This document shows, one piece after another, positions 25,561 through 34,491 of a stretch of 64,000 nt of DNA. Numbering within the stretch: position 1 is the first letter of the stretch; each line of letters opens with the position of its first letter. This stretch comes from an uncultured Dehalococcoidia bacterium. Its GTDB lineage: Bacteria > Chloroflexota > Dehalococcoidia > Lucifugimonadales > Australimonadaceae. Below the pieces are notes generated by a model. It saw nothing but the letters and a program-made list of their open reading frames with translations. It ran no database searches and was not told the DNA's origin. The position numbers were made by a program, and so were the translations under genes. The stretch lies in the NCBI GenBank assembly GCA_958295525.1, contig OY282355.1, positions 1,784,394 through 1,848,393 on the forward strand, read 5' to 3'.

Positions 25561-28271
25561 TCCGCCGCCGTTTCCAGCAAGCGGCGCAAGTCGTGCTTGG
25601 CGTCGAGGATGTCCGCCCACAAATCGCCCGCGTCCGCGAGGCGCTCCGGCGCGCTCCAAATGGTGAAGTCGCTCGGGTAGACCTTGCCCAATTCGCCCCA
25701 GCGCAAAGGCATAGAGACGGGCGCGCCCGGAAGCGGGCGCAGCGAGTAGGCCGACGCCATATTCTTCCCCATCACGTTCATATTGTGATCGAGGAATATC
25801 TTGCCCGCCCGCTTGCCGACGCTCCAGTCCATTGTCAGGTCGCGCGGGCGCTGCCGGAGCAGGAACTTCCCGATCAGTTCGCACGCCTTTCGCGTAATCG
25901 AGTAGTCGTACTCCCGCAAGATCGGCACGTAGACGTGCAACCCTGTCTTGCCCGACGTCTTGAGGAACGATGAAAGCGACAACTGATCCAGCAACTCCTT
26001 GAGCGCCAGCGCCGCCTCGCCGGCCTTGGCGAACGCCCGCCGGTTCAGTTCCGGCTCTTCTCCCGCGCCCTCCTCGCCGGAGTAGATGTACGGGTCGAGA
26101 TCGAACACGATGAAGTCCGGGTAGTTCAGCGCGCTCGCCCGCAGTTCCTCTTTCGAGCCGGTGAACCGCTCCGTCAGCCGCGTTCCGTCCGGCTCGGCGC
26201 TCGTCCGCGAGAACCACGGGTGCAACTCGATGTCGGCCAGTTGCGCGAGCCAAAGAAGCGTTGGGAGGTTGTTGACCATTATGTAGTCCACGTCGCCCTC
26301 GTTGGTGGACGAGAATACGCGCGTCGTCTCGACGAACGGCGGCAGGTCGTGCTCCCAATGCTTCTGGTAGAAACTTCCGCCGGTTACGCCGTTGGGGTAG
26401 CGCGTCATCGTGAGCGGCCTGTCGCGGAGGTGGGGCAGCAGGCAAGGCGCGACCTGCGCGTAATAGGCGAGCATATCCCGCTTGGTCACCTCCGCTCGCC
26501 CGTCCGCTTTCGGCCAGAGCGCCTTGTCCATATTCGTCACGCGGACGCGATGCCCGCCGACCTCTAAATGGCCGTCGCGCTGGATCCGGCGGATCTGCTC
26601 AACCGCCTCCAGCGACGCGGCGCGGACTCCGATGCCTGCGGGCGGCGGAACGACCGCCGCCGCCGGCTTCGTCGCCTCGCGCGCGACCGCCCTTGCGGGC
26701 ACGTCATCCCGCAATCCGAGAAAGACGGGCGAGCGCAATACGCCGTCCTCCGTCCACATCGAGAACTTCACCTGCGCCACGACCTCCGGCCTGACCCATG
26801 TGACGCTCAGCCCCTTCAGATCGTCGGGCTCGGACGGGAACGGACATTTGTCCGTCCGCAGCGGGCGGAGCGCATCCAACGCGCTTTGCAGCGTCTGCTG
26901 CGAGAAGCCGCTCCCTGCGCGCCCAGCGTAGGTTAGCGCGCCTTCGGCGTAGTAGCCGAGCGCGATTGCGCCGAAACTCGACGCGCGCTCGCCCTCGCCT
27001 TGCGTGTATCCCGCGATGACGAACTCTTGGGAGAGCGAGCGCTTGATCTTCAGCCAGTCGCGGGACCGCTGCCCCGCCTCGTAGCGCGAGTCCAAGCGTT
27101 TGGCCATAACGCCTTCCAAGCCCAGTTGCTCCGCCGCGCGGAAGAACGCCTCTCCCTCCGCCTCCACCCGCTCCACGAAACGGACGCGCTCGCTCGGCGC
27201 GACCGCCGCATTGAGCACGCGATGGCGCTGGCGCAGCGGCGCCTGCCGTAGGTCGCGTCCATCTAGGTAGAGGATGTCGAACGGATAGAAAGCGACCGGC
27301 GCGGCGCTTCGATGAGCGGCGGCCCCCTCCACACGGGGAGTTCCCGCGTTGTTCTGCAAGAGAAGGAAGTTCGGGACGCCGTTCGCGTCGAGCGCGGCGA
27401 CTTCTCCGTCGAGGATCATCTCCCGATGGGGAAGAACCGCCAAGTCGCCGGCGATGTCCGGGAAGTTCCGCGTCATATCTTTGCCCGTCCGGCTCAGCAA
27501 GCGGACGCTGCCATCTTGCAGATACGCGGCGATGCGGAAGCCGTCGAGTTTCGGTTCGAACAGCCAGCCCTGCGCGGAGAACGGGCCGTCGACCGCTTGC
27601 GCCAGCATCGGCTTGATCGTTCGGGGCATCCGCGCGGCCTTGCCGAAAGAGGCATCGCCGCCCAGCGATGGGTCGGGCAGCCTGCCCGCCTGCAACTGCT
27701 CGACCGTCAGGCCGGATAGAACCGACTTGCCGTCGCCGAGAACGTCGCGCTGAGCGTCGGCTTCGGCGTCTTTGTGCTTAATGAGCAGCCACTCGTTGGG
27801 GGAGCGGGTCGTCCGCACGAGCGTCCATGAGCCCCGCAGTTTGCGCCCGCGCAGCGTGAACGAGAGTTTCCCCGCCGCGAAGCCGGCCTCCATCCGCCGC
27901 TCCGCGTCTTGCCGGTCGTTCCAACTGAATCCGCCCTCGTCGGGGGTGTAGACGCCCGTATCCCAAACGATGACCTGCCCCGCGCCGTAGTTTCCGTGCC
28001 CGATCACCCCTTCGTAGGATGCGTAGTCCAGCGGATGGTCCTCCACCAGCACGGCGAGGCGCTTCTCCGCGTTGTCCAGCGACGGGCCCTTCGGCACTGC
28101 CCACGACTTGAGCGCGCCGCCGAACTCCAGACGAAAGTCGTAGTGCAGCCGGGAAGCCGCGTGCTTCTGAACGACGAACGCGGGCGCGCCGGGACGTATG
28201 GCCGCCGCGCCCGGCGCGGGCTCGCTCGTGCCGCCGAAATCGCGTTTCTCTTCGTATTGCCGCAGCGTCAT
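25557..28271 (-). CDS. ligD: Multifunctional NHEJ DNA ligase LigD (phosphoesterase - ligase - polymerase/primase order)
   Basis: N-terminal LRQYEEKRDF..FVVQKHAASRLHYDFRLE (PE domain), central EPKLDGFR adenylation motif, and C-terminal LKTSGKTGLHVYVPI with YPNGV..FYQKH (primase-polymerase domain). Confidence 0.9.
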   Translation of the reverse strand: MTLRQYEEKRDFGGTSEPAPGAAAIRPGAPAFVVQKHAASRLHYDFRLEFGGALKSWAVPKGPSLDNAEKRLAVLVEDHPLDYASYEGVIGHGNYGAGQVIVWDTGVYTPDEGGFSWNDRQDAERRMEAGFAAGKLSFTLRGRKLRGSWTLVRTTRSPNEWLLIKHKDAEADAQRDVLGDGKSVLSGLTVEQLQAGRLPDPSLGGDASFGKAARMPRTIKPMLAQAVDGPFSAQGWLFEPKLDGFRIAAYLQDGSVRLLSRTGKDMTRNFPDIAGDLAVLPHREMILDGEVAALDANGVPNFLLLQNNAGTPRVEGAAAHRSAAPVAFYPFDILYLDGRDLRQAPLRQRHRVLNAAVAPSERVRFVERVEAEGEAFFRAAEQLGLEGVMAKRLDSRYEAGQRSRDWLKIKRSLSQEFVIAGYTQGEGERASSFGAIALGYYAEGALTYAGRAGSGFSQQTLQSALDALRPLRTDKCPFPSEPDDLKGLSVTWVRPEVVAQVKFSMWTEDGVLRSPVFLGLRDDVPARAVAREATKPAAAVVPPPAGIGVRAASLEAVEQIRRIQRDGHLEVGGHRVRVTNMDKALWPKADGRAEVTKRDMLAYYAQVAPCLLPHLRDRPLTMTRYPNGVTGGSFYQKHWEHDLPPFVETTRVFSSTNEGDVDYIMVNNLPTLLWLAQLADIELHPWFSRTSAEPDGTRLTERFTGSKEELRASALNYPDFIVFDLDPYIYSGEEGAGEEPELNRRAFAKAGEAALALKELLDQLSLSSFLKTSGKTGLHVYVPILREYDYSITRKACELIGKFLLRQRPRDLTMDWSVGKRAGKIFLDHNMNVMGKNMASAYSLRPLPGAPVSMPLRWGELGKVYPSDFTIWSAPERLADAGDLWADILDAKHDLRRLLETAAE

Positions 28272-28305
28272 CGCAATCTCGTAGTCTGCGTATCCCCCCG
28301 CAGCG

Positions 28306-29109
28306 CTAGTAACTCGCTATTTCTTCCGGCGCGACGCCCAGCCGCTCGCCGAGGATGAGCATCGTGCTCCGGCGCGGGCTGCCGACCTCGCCGCGCTCGA
28401 TGCGCGCGACCTCCTTTGCGCTAATAGGAAAGAAGTCGCTTTGGCGCAGCCCGCGCTGGATGCGGAGACGGCGCAGCGCGGCCCCGAACGAGTCGTCCGC
28501 TTCGAAGAGCCGCGTCTTCGCCTCTCTGCGGAAAACCGGGTCGAACTCGTAGAGGATAGCGTCCGCCGCCGCCTCGTATTCGCCCATTCGCAGCGTTTGG
28601 CCGTAGTCCGTCACTTGGAACCTTGCCCAGTCGGGCGCGCCCGCCTCGGGCCGGGGCTCGAACCACTCGAACGGAACGACCATACTGGTGAAGTCGCCCC
28701 GGTACAGAATCAGCGCGTGGTCTTCCCTGTCGGGGACGCCCCCGACGAACAGGTCGCGCTTATTGGGAGAATCCAGAACCTCCCACAACTCGTTCAGGTC
28801 CAGCAGTTCCGCGTCCGCGATGACGGACTTGAACACGTGGCGCAGAAACGCGAGCCGGGGCGGAGCGACGGGCTCCAACGCCAGCAGGCGGCAATCGGCT
28901 CTTCGCGCAGGCGCAGGCGGAGACAGAGGCGGCGCCACCGCCGCGCCGCCGTAGAGGACCTGAGGCTCCTGCAGCGTCAACTCGCGCCGGACCGGCGGCT
29001 CTTGCGCGACCGCGTCGAGCGCGTCCTCGGGCGAGTGGATCCATTGCGCCCCCAAGTTCCGATAGGGCTTCAGGACGCCGGGCCCGAATATGAAGAGACG
29101 GTCTTTCAT
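28306..29109 (-). CDS. Protein with a C-terminal XRE-type helix-turn-helix and an uncharacterised N-terminal domain
   Basis: C-terminus LRRLRIQRGLRQSDFFPISAKEVARIERGE..LILGERLGVAPEEI is an HTH_XRE pattern. Start trimmed to the ATG at 29109 (MKDRLFIFGPG). Confidence 0.6.
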   Translation of the reverse strand: MKDRLFIFGPGVLKPYRNLGAQWIHSPEDALDAVAQEPPVRRELTLQEPQVLYGGAAVAPPLSPPAPARRADCRLLALEPVAPPRLAFLRHVFKSVIADAELLDLNELWEVLDSPNKRDLFVGGVPDREDHALILYRGDFTSMVVPFEWFEPRPEAGAPDWARFQVTDYGQTLRMGEYEAAADAILYEFDPVFRREAKTRLFEADDSFGAALRRLRIQRGLRQSDFFPISAKEVARIERGEVGSPRRSTMLILGERLGVAPEEIASY

Positions 29110-29113
29110 CGTC

Positions 29114-29386
29114 CTACTCCGCGCGCACCGGGTTCTCCGGGTACATCGCATCCCATTGCCGGCAGAGTTCGGCGTGTTGCGCCTGCACGCTGTCCAGCGC
29201 TTCCTTCGGAACTTCGTTCGGGCTAGGCGTCCTGTCCATGAATCTTCGCGTCCGCAGGTCCCACCGCCACGCCTGCGTCCTTCTGAGGATCGTGGCGTGC
29301 GGAGGCTCCAAGCGCTCCTTGTCCCGTATCTTCACTTTCCAGCCTTGCTCCTTCACCCGTTCGGGCAAGGGAAGTTCATAAGGCAT
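29114..29386 (-). CDS. Small protein (90 aa), possibly DUF4160-like; first gene of a small-protein/HTH pair
   Basis: WKVKIRDKERLEPPHATILRR..WRWDLRTRRFMD loosely recalls the PPHxH motif of DUF4160 proteins. There is a 4-nt gap to the downstream HTH gene. Confidence 0.45.
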   Translation of the reverse strand: MPYELPLPERVKEQGWKVKIRDKERLEPPHATILRRTQAWRWDLRTRRFMDRTPSPNEVPKEALDSVQAQHAELCRQWDAMYPENPVRAE

Positions 29387-29497
29387 AGTATATGTCCTTT
29401 CCCGCGTATGTCAATAGATAGGACATTTCGTTGCGGCCTCCCCTCCAAAGTCGCCTTTGCGCTTGGCGCGGCGCTTGCGCCGGGCGAGCGTTCTCTA

Positions 29498-29509
29498 TAC
29501 ATTAATGTA
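29498..29509. promoter_or_regulatory. Perfect 12-bp AT-rich palindrome TACATTAATGTA in a divergent intergenic region (candidate operator)
   Basis: Read directly from the sequence. It is conspicuous in a GC-rich genome and lies between the minus-strand small/HTH operon and the plus-strand membrane-protein/Rieske genes. Confidence 0.3.
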
Positions 29510-29542
29510 CGCCCGCTATGGCGCGCGAGGAGTTGGAACCCG

Positions 29543-29743
29543 ATGAACGCCCGATCTATGCTGACCGCAGCCGCCATCTGGCTGTTCTTGGTCGTTGTCC
29601 CCTATGTCCTCGGCCCGGTGTGGTTGGGGAGCAGCCTCGACGGGAGTTACGTCGTTGCGTATATGATCTGGTTCGTCATCGCCGCGACGCTCACGGTGGC
29701 GGTGTACGCGATGCACGTTCGGGAGTCGCGGCGGCAAGAGTAG
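29543..29743 (+). CDS. Small two-TM membrane protein
   Basis: MNARSMLTAAAIWLFLVVVPYVLGPVWLG...VAYMIWFVIAATLTVAVYAM. A GAGGAG RBS is 10 nt upstream. Confidence 0.4.
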   Translation: MNARSMLTAAAIWLFLVVVPYVLGPVWLGSSLDGSYVVAYMIWFVIAATLTVAVYAMHVRESRRQE

Positions 29744-29783
29744 GGCTGCGCCTGACGCAAGCCTGTCGCAAGGAGGCTCGGCG

Positions 29784-31070
29784 ATGCTCACCCAAGAGAT
29801 GAACGACCGGATCACCCGGGTGGGCCCGGGCACGCCGATGGGCGGGCTGATGCGCCGCTACTGGCACCCCGTCGCCGGAAGCGCCCAACTCGACGCGGAC
29901 AACCCGACGCGGCAAGTGCGCCTCCTCGGCGAAGACCTCGTCCTCTACCGCGACGCCTCGGGAACGCTCGGTCTCGTGGAGCCGTCGTGCGCGCACCGCA
30001 AGGCGAACCTCGCCTACGGCGTGCCGGAGGCGGACGGCATCCGCTGCGCCTACCACGGCTGGGTCTTCAACGAGACCGGCCAGTGCGTGGACCAGCCGTC
30101 GGAGCCGGAGGGCTCGAAATTCAAAGACAAGGTGCGGATCAAGGCGTACCCGGCTCAGGAGTACGCCGGAGTCGTATGGGCGTACCTCGGCCCGGCGCCC
30201 GCGCCGCTTTTGCCCCGATGGGACGTGCTGGAGTGGGAAGGGCATCGCGAGTGGCAATCGCACGCGCTCCCTTGCAACTGGCTGCAATGCCAGGAGAATT
30301 CGCTCGACCCGTTGCACTTCCAGTGGCTGCACCGCTACTTCGGCGGCTGGATGATGAACCGGGGCAAGCCGCCCGAAGAGCGCGACGCTTGGAACGCCAC
30401 CACCAACGCGAAAGGGCGCGAGCACAAGAAGATCGGCTTCGACGTCACCGACTACGGCGTCATCAAGCGGCGGCTCGTCGGCGACGAAACCGAAGAGAGC
30501 GAGTTCTGGCGCATCGGCCACCCCGTGCTCTTCCCGAACATCCTCCGCGTGGCGCACGGCATGCAGTTCCGCACGCCCGTCGACGACACGCACACGCTGC
30601 ACGTCTCGATGACGTTCCGCCCGCCGCGCGAGGGCGAGGCGCCCCAGACAGAGATTCCGTTCGTCGAGGAGCCGCTCTACGACGCGAACGGCCGCCTCCG
30701 CTACGACTACGTGCTCGCGCAGGATCAGTTGGCGTGGGTCATCCAGGGGCCCATCTCCGACAGAACCACGGAGCGGCTCGGCGTCACCGACGTCGGCGTC
30801 ATTATGTATCGCCGCTTGCTGGACGAGCAGGCCCGGGTCGTCGAGGACGGCGGCGAGCCGATGAACGTCCGCCGCGATGCGGACGAGATCGTCGTCCTCC
30901 CTTGCGAATACTTCCAGTACCCCGGCTACGAGGGCACCGGCGGACCATTCAAGGACGCCAAGCCCGCGCCCGCCGAAGTCGAGGCGATTCTCTCCGGCGA
31001 GGGCGTGTCCCGCGAGGAGTGGGCGGGCGTCCGCGCGCTCACCGGAGAAGAGCGCTACGCCTTCCGCTAG
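29784..31070 (+). CDS. Rieske [2Fe-2S] non-heme iron oxygenase, alpha-subunit type
   Basis: CAHRKANL...CAYHGWVF is the Rieske CxH...CxxH motif. NWLQCQENSLDPLHFQWLH is a mononuclear-iron region. An AAGGAGG RBS is present. Confidence 0.85.
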   Translation: MLTQEMNDRITRVGPGTPMGGLMRRYWHPVAGSAQLDADNPTRQVRLLGEDLVLYRDASGTLGLVEPSCAHRKANLAYGVPEADGIRCAYHGWVFNETGQCVDQPSEPEGSKFKDKVRIKAYPAQEYAGVVWAYLGPAPAPLLPRWDVLEWEGHREWQSHALPCNWLQCQENSLDPLHFQWLHRYFGGWMMNRGKPPEERDAWNATTNAKGREHKKIGFDVTDYGVIKRRLVGDETEESEFWRIGHPVLFPNILRVAHGMQFRTPVDDTHTLHVSMTFRPPREGEAPQTEIPFVEEPLYDANGRLRYDYVLAQDQLAWVIQGPISDRTTERLGVTDVGVIMYRRLLDEQARVVEDGGEPMNVRRDADEIVVLPCEYFQYPGYEGTGGPFKDAKPAPAEVEAILSGEGVSREEWAGVRALTGEERYAFR

Positions 31071-31130
31071 GCCAACGGCATGGCAATGTCCATCGAACAA
31101 GGCGACACGGGCAAGCGGGAGGAGTAAAGC

Positions 31131-32162
31131 GTGGCGGAAGTCAACGAGTTGGGCAGGCCGATGCCGGAGTTGGGGAAAATTGACCAAGTGGAAGTGCGCG
31201 GCATCTGGCCACACGAAGCCCACGACTTCACGCCGTGGCTGGCAAACCATTTGGACTTGCTGGGCGACGCGCTGGGGATGGAGTTGGAATTCGTTCAGAG
31301 GGAGGCGGCAGTCGGCCCCTTCTCTCTCGACATTCTCGCGCAGGAGCGGATCACGGGAGAAAAGGTTGCGATAGAGAATCAGTTGGAATGGACCGACCAC
31401 ACGCACCTCGGCCAGATTCTCGTGTACGCAGCGGGACACGACGCGCGCACCGTGATCTGGGTGACGCCTCATTTCACAGATGAGCACAGGGCGGCCATAG
31501 ACTGGCTCAACAACTGGACGCATGAGGAAATCGCGTTCTTCGGCGTGGAGGTGAGCGCAATCAAGATTGGCGAATCGCTCCCTGCGCCGGTGTTCCGCCC
31601 GGTGGCGTTTCCCAATGACTGGGCGAAGCAGGCAAAGCGGAAGGCAACGGCGGCCTCGTCTCCCGACAGGGAGAAGGAGTTGCAATTCTTCGTTCCTCTG
31701 AGCGAGAGTCTGTTGAGGCAAGGTTTCGCCAATAAAGTGTATAAGTACAATGGGACTCCGCATCTGTTTCCGTCAGGGCTTCGTGCGTACACGACTTATG
31801 GAGTCGACTTTAACAAAGGGCTGTCTGCGTACGTCTGGATCAACGCAGGGAGTGGAACGGTCACCAACCGCATATTCGATGAACTGCGTGAAGAGGCGGA
31901 AACCTTAGAGACCGAGATCGACGCTGAGTGGTTCTGGGATAGATACGGCGGCAGGGCTTGGGCCTCTTTGGGCATACGAACTGACGGCTCCCTTGACGAC
32001 TTGCCGGAACGCGGTGAGGAATTCCAATCATGGGCGCTTGAGCACCTCCCGAAACTCAAGGCTGTCTTGAATCCCCGCCTAGAGCGGATCATCGACGATG
32101 TGCAAGCCGAACGCTCCACAGCGGAGTCCGAGCCGACGGAGGGCGAGCCCGGCAATGCGTAG
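31131..32162 (+). CDS. NucS/PD-(D/E)xK-like endonuclease domain protein with a DUF4268-like C-terminal domain
   Basis: FSLDILAQE..GEKVAIENQLEWTDHTHLGQILVYAAG is the D..ENQ..TDH.HLGQ pattern remembered for this family. GTG start is preceded by GGGAGGAG. Visibly AT-richer. Confidence 0.65.
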   Translation: MAEVNELGRPMPELGKIDQVEVRGIWPHEAHDFTPWLANHLDLLGDALGMELEFVQREAAVGPFSLDILAQERITGEKVAIENQLEWTDHTHLGQILVYAAGHDARTVIWVTPHFTDEHRAAIDWLNNWTHEEIAFFGVEVSAIKIGESLPAPVFRPVAFPNDWAKQAKRKATAASSPDREKELQFFVPLSESLLRQGFANKVYKYNGTPHLFPSGLRAYTTYGVDFNKGLSAYVWINAGSGTVTNRIFDELREEAETLETEIDAEWFWDRYGGRAWASLGIRTDGSLDDLPERGEEFQSWALEHLPKLKAVLNPRLERIIDDVQAERSTAESEPTEGEPGNA

Positions 32163-32171
32163 GCCGCGCCG

Positions 32172-32834
32172 ATGACCTCCGACGGGCCGCAGCCGCGGGA
32201 GCATCCCTATATCTGGGTTACGTGGATGCCGCGCTTGCTGTCGGGCAACCACCATTGCGAGTGGGCGTCGTGGTTCAAGGCGCAGCACGACGGAAAGACT
32301 TGGCGGCGCGCGCATCGGGATTTCGAGCCCACGATGTGGGCGCTCAACCACAAAGCCCTCTTGCGGGAGGAGCGGAAGCGGCTGGAGGCGGACGGCGCGA
32401 CCGTGCGGGTCGAGCGGCAGAATCAGTTCCATCTGCGCGGATGGCATGCGACGCTGAGCGGAATGCCCGACCTCGTGTCGCTCAAGGACGGGCAGGTGAC
32501 TATCCACGATCTGAAGTCCGGCGAGCCGCACGAACACCACGCGATTCAGGTGATGCTCTATATGTGGGCGTTTCCGCTTGCGCGGCGCGAATACGGCGGC
32601 CTGCCGATTTCGGGGCGCGTCGTCTATCCGGATCACGTGGTGGAGGCGCCGGAGTCCGCCGTTGACCAAGCGTTCGTGAACCGGGCGGTTGACCTGATCA
32701 AGACGCTCGCGGGCGAGGAGCCGCCGCCGCGAACGCCGAGCGCGTCGGAGTGCGTCTTCTGCGAGATAACCTCCGACGATTGCCCGGAGCGCGTAGAGAC
32801 CCCGCCGCCCGAAGAGGAAACCGACCTATTCTAG
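32172..32834 (+). CDS. Cas4/RecB-family PD-(D/E)xK exonuclease with predicted 4Fe-4S cysteines
   Basis: GMPDLV (motif II), IHDLK (motif III D-x-K), QVMLY (QxxxY), an N-terminal HHCEW Cys and C-terminal CVFCEITSDDC. Confidence 0.7.
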   Translation: MTSDGPQPREHPYIWVTWMPRLLSGNHHCEWASWFKAQHDGKTWRRAHRDFEPTMWALNHKALLREERKRLEADGATVRVERQNQFHLRGWHATLSGMPDLVSLKDGQVTIHDLKSGEPHEHHAIQVMLYMWAFPLARREYGGLPISGRVVYPDHVVEAPESAVDQAFVNRAVDLIKTLAGEEPPPRTPSASECVFCEITSDDCPERVETPPPEEETDLF

Positions 32835-32864
32835 GCGCCAGCGCCGCGCCCTCCGTCAGGGGCG

Positions 32865-33252
32865 AGGTTCCCGCCTGCGCGGGGGGAGGGCGGGGCGCAT
32901 GGGGCGGGATTCCCGCCTACGCGGGAATGACGGGACAGGGGGGGCGCTTGCGCGCTTCCTGGATTCCCGCCTACGCGGGCAGGGCGGGACACAGGGGGGC
33001 GCTGCGCGCTTCCTGGATTCCCGCCTACGCGGGAATGACGGGGCCCGGGGGCGCTTGCGCGCCGACTGGATTCCCGCCTACGCGGGAATGACGGGACATG
33101 GGGAGCGCTGCGCGCTTCCTGGATTCCCGCCTCGCGGGAACGACGGGGCCCGGGGGCGCTTGCGCGCTTCCTGGATTCCCGCCACGCGGGAACGACGGGG
33201 CGCAGGGGGGCGCTTGCGCGCCGACTGGATTCCCGCCTCGCGGGAACGACGG
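32865..33252. repeat. Tandem array of 7-8 palindromic cores at 52-54-bp period (CRISPR-like in layout, but a satellite)
   Basis: ggattcccgcc starts at 32907, 32961, 33015, 33068, 33121, 33173 and 33227. The inter-core segments are all variants of gg(g/a)c..ggggcgcttgcgcgc(ttcct/cgact). Confidence 0.9.
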
Positions 33253-33254
33253 GA

Positions 33255-34427
33255 TCAGTCCAGACGGAAGAAGCGGGTCAGGTTGCCGCCGAGGATGTCG
33301 CGCTTCGCCTCTTCGCCGAGCCCGTCCATCGTCTCGAGGCCCGCGGCGGTGTTGGGGAAGGTGGACGGCGGATGCGGGTAGTCGCTGCCGATAATGAAGT
33401 TGCGGCTGCCGATAGCGCCCACCGCGCCCACGATGGCTTGCTCGTCCGGCTCGACGGCGACGAGGCAACTGCGGGCGATCAGTTCGCTGGGCGGCTCGTC
33501 GCATCGGGCGCACTGCGGCTCGATCTGGTGGACGCGGTCGAGCGTGTACATTGCCCAGGGAAGCCATGAGCCGCCCGCCTCGAAAAAGGCGAACCGGAGA
33601 TTCGGAAACTCCTTGAGGATTCCTCCCAGCGTGAGGCTCGCCATCGCGACGATGTACTCGAAGGCGAAGCCCAAGTAGTTGCTGATATGCAGCCGCCGCA
33701 TCCGCTCCCAGCCCAGCGTGTAGTTGGTGGGCGCGTGGTCGTTCACCTGGCATTGGAACGGATTGCCGTGCACGTAGAGCGGAACGTCCAATTCGGCGAC
33801 GGTTTGCCAGAACGGGTAGAGGTCGAGGCTGTCCCAGTTCCGCCCGCGCCAGTTGCTGTTGATCGTGACGGCGCGCAGCCCCAACTGCGTTACGGCGCGG
33901 CGCGTCTCGGCGGCGCACGCCTCGACGCTCTCCGTTCCGAACGGCGCGACGCCCGCGCCGATCAACTGATCCGGATACTGGCGCTGGGCGTCCGCCGCGG
34001 CGTTGTTGTAGGCCATGCAGATGGCGAGGCGCAGGCCCGGGTCCCACTCGCGCTCGTTGGGCGCGCCGAAGGGGTTGCCGTAGATGCCGTCCGGGATGAG
34101 CACCTGCATATCGAAGCCGGTCTCCGGCAGCAGGCGGACGCGCTGATCGGCGGCGCCGTGCCCGACGGGCCCGGCGCTCTGGCCGGTGGTCGCGGCGGTG
34201 GGGTTGACGGCGCCCGCGCGCTTGCCTGCGGCGGAAGCGCGGAAGCCGCCCCTGCGCGCCTCGCGGTCGGAGAAGAAGGCCGCGTCGCGCAGCAGCATAT
34301 CCAGCGCCTCGTCCGAGAGGCCGACGGCTTCGCCCACGCCGGCGAAGTCCGGCGGCGGAAAGAAGTGGCTGTCTCCGTCTATCTTGCGAACCATCTCGCG
34401 AACCGCATGCTGGGCTGTCGTCGCCAT
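33255..34427 (-). CDS. Amidohydrolase-2 family protein (ACMSD-like decarboxylase/hydrolase)
   Basis: KIDGDSHFFPP N-terminal metal site, VPLYVHG, and C-terminal IIGSDYPHPPS. Confidence 0.8.
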   Translation of the reverse strand: MATTAQHAVREMVRKIDGDSHFFPPPDFAGVGEAVGLSDEALDMLLRDAAFFSDREARRGGFRASAAGKRAGAVNPTAATTGQSAGPVGHGAADQRVRLLPETGFDMQVLIPDGIYGNPFGAPNEREWDPGLRLAICMAYNNAAADAQRQYPDQLIGAGVAPFGTESVEACAAETRRAVTQLGLRAVTINSNWRGRNWDSLDLYPFWQTVAELDVPLYVHGNPFQCQVNDHAPTNYTLGWERMRRLHISNYLGFAFEYIVAMASLTLGGILKEFPNLRFAFFEAGGSWLPWAMYTLDRVHQIEPQCARCDEPPSELIARSCLVAVEPDEQAIVGAVGAIGSRNFIIGSDYPHPPSTFPNTAAGLETMDGLGEEAKRDILGGNLTRFFRLD

Positions 34428-34491
34428 GCGCCGCCTCCTCCGTTCCGGGCCGATTGCTCAACGCGCCTTATCTTACACTCCGCCGGAAGGG

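Noticed and set aside
32865-33252. Possible CRISPR array (7-8 palindromic repeats, 52-54-bp period) next to a Cas4-like gene
   Set aside because: The inter-repeat segments are variants of one sequence, not unique spacers. The repeat core is the same element dispersed throughout the window. There are no cas1/cas2 or effector genes. It is kept only as a caution and curiosity in the findings.
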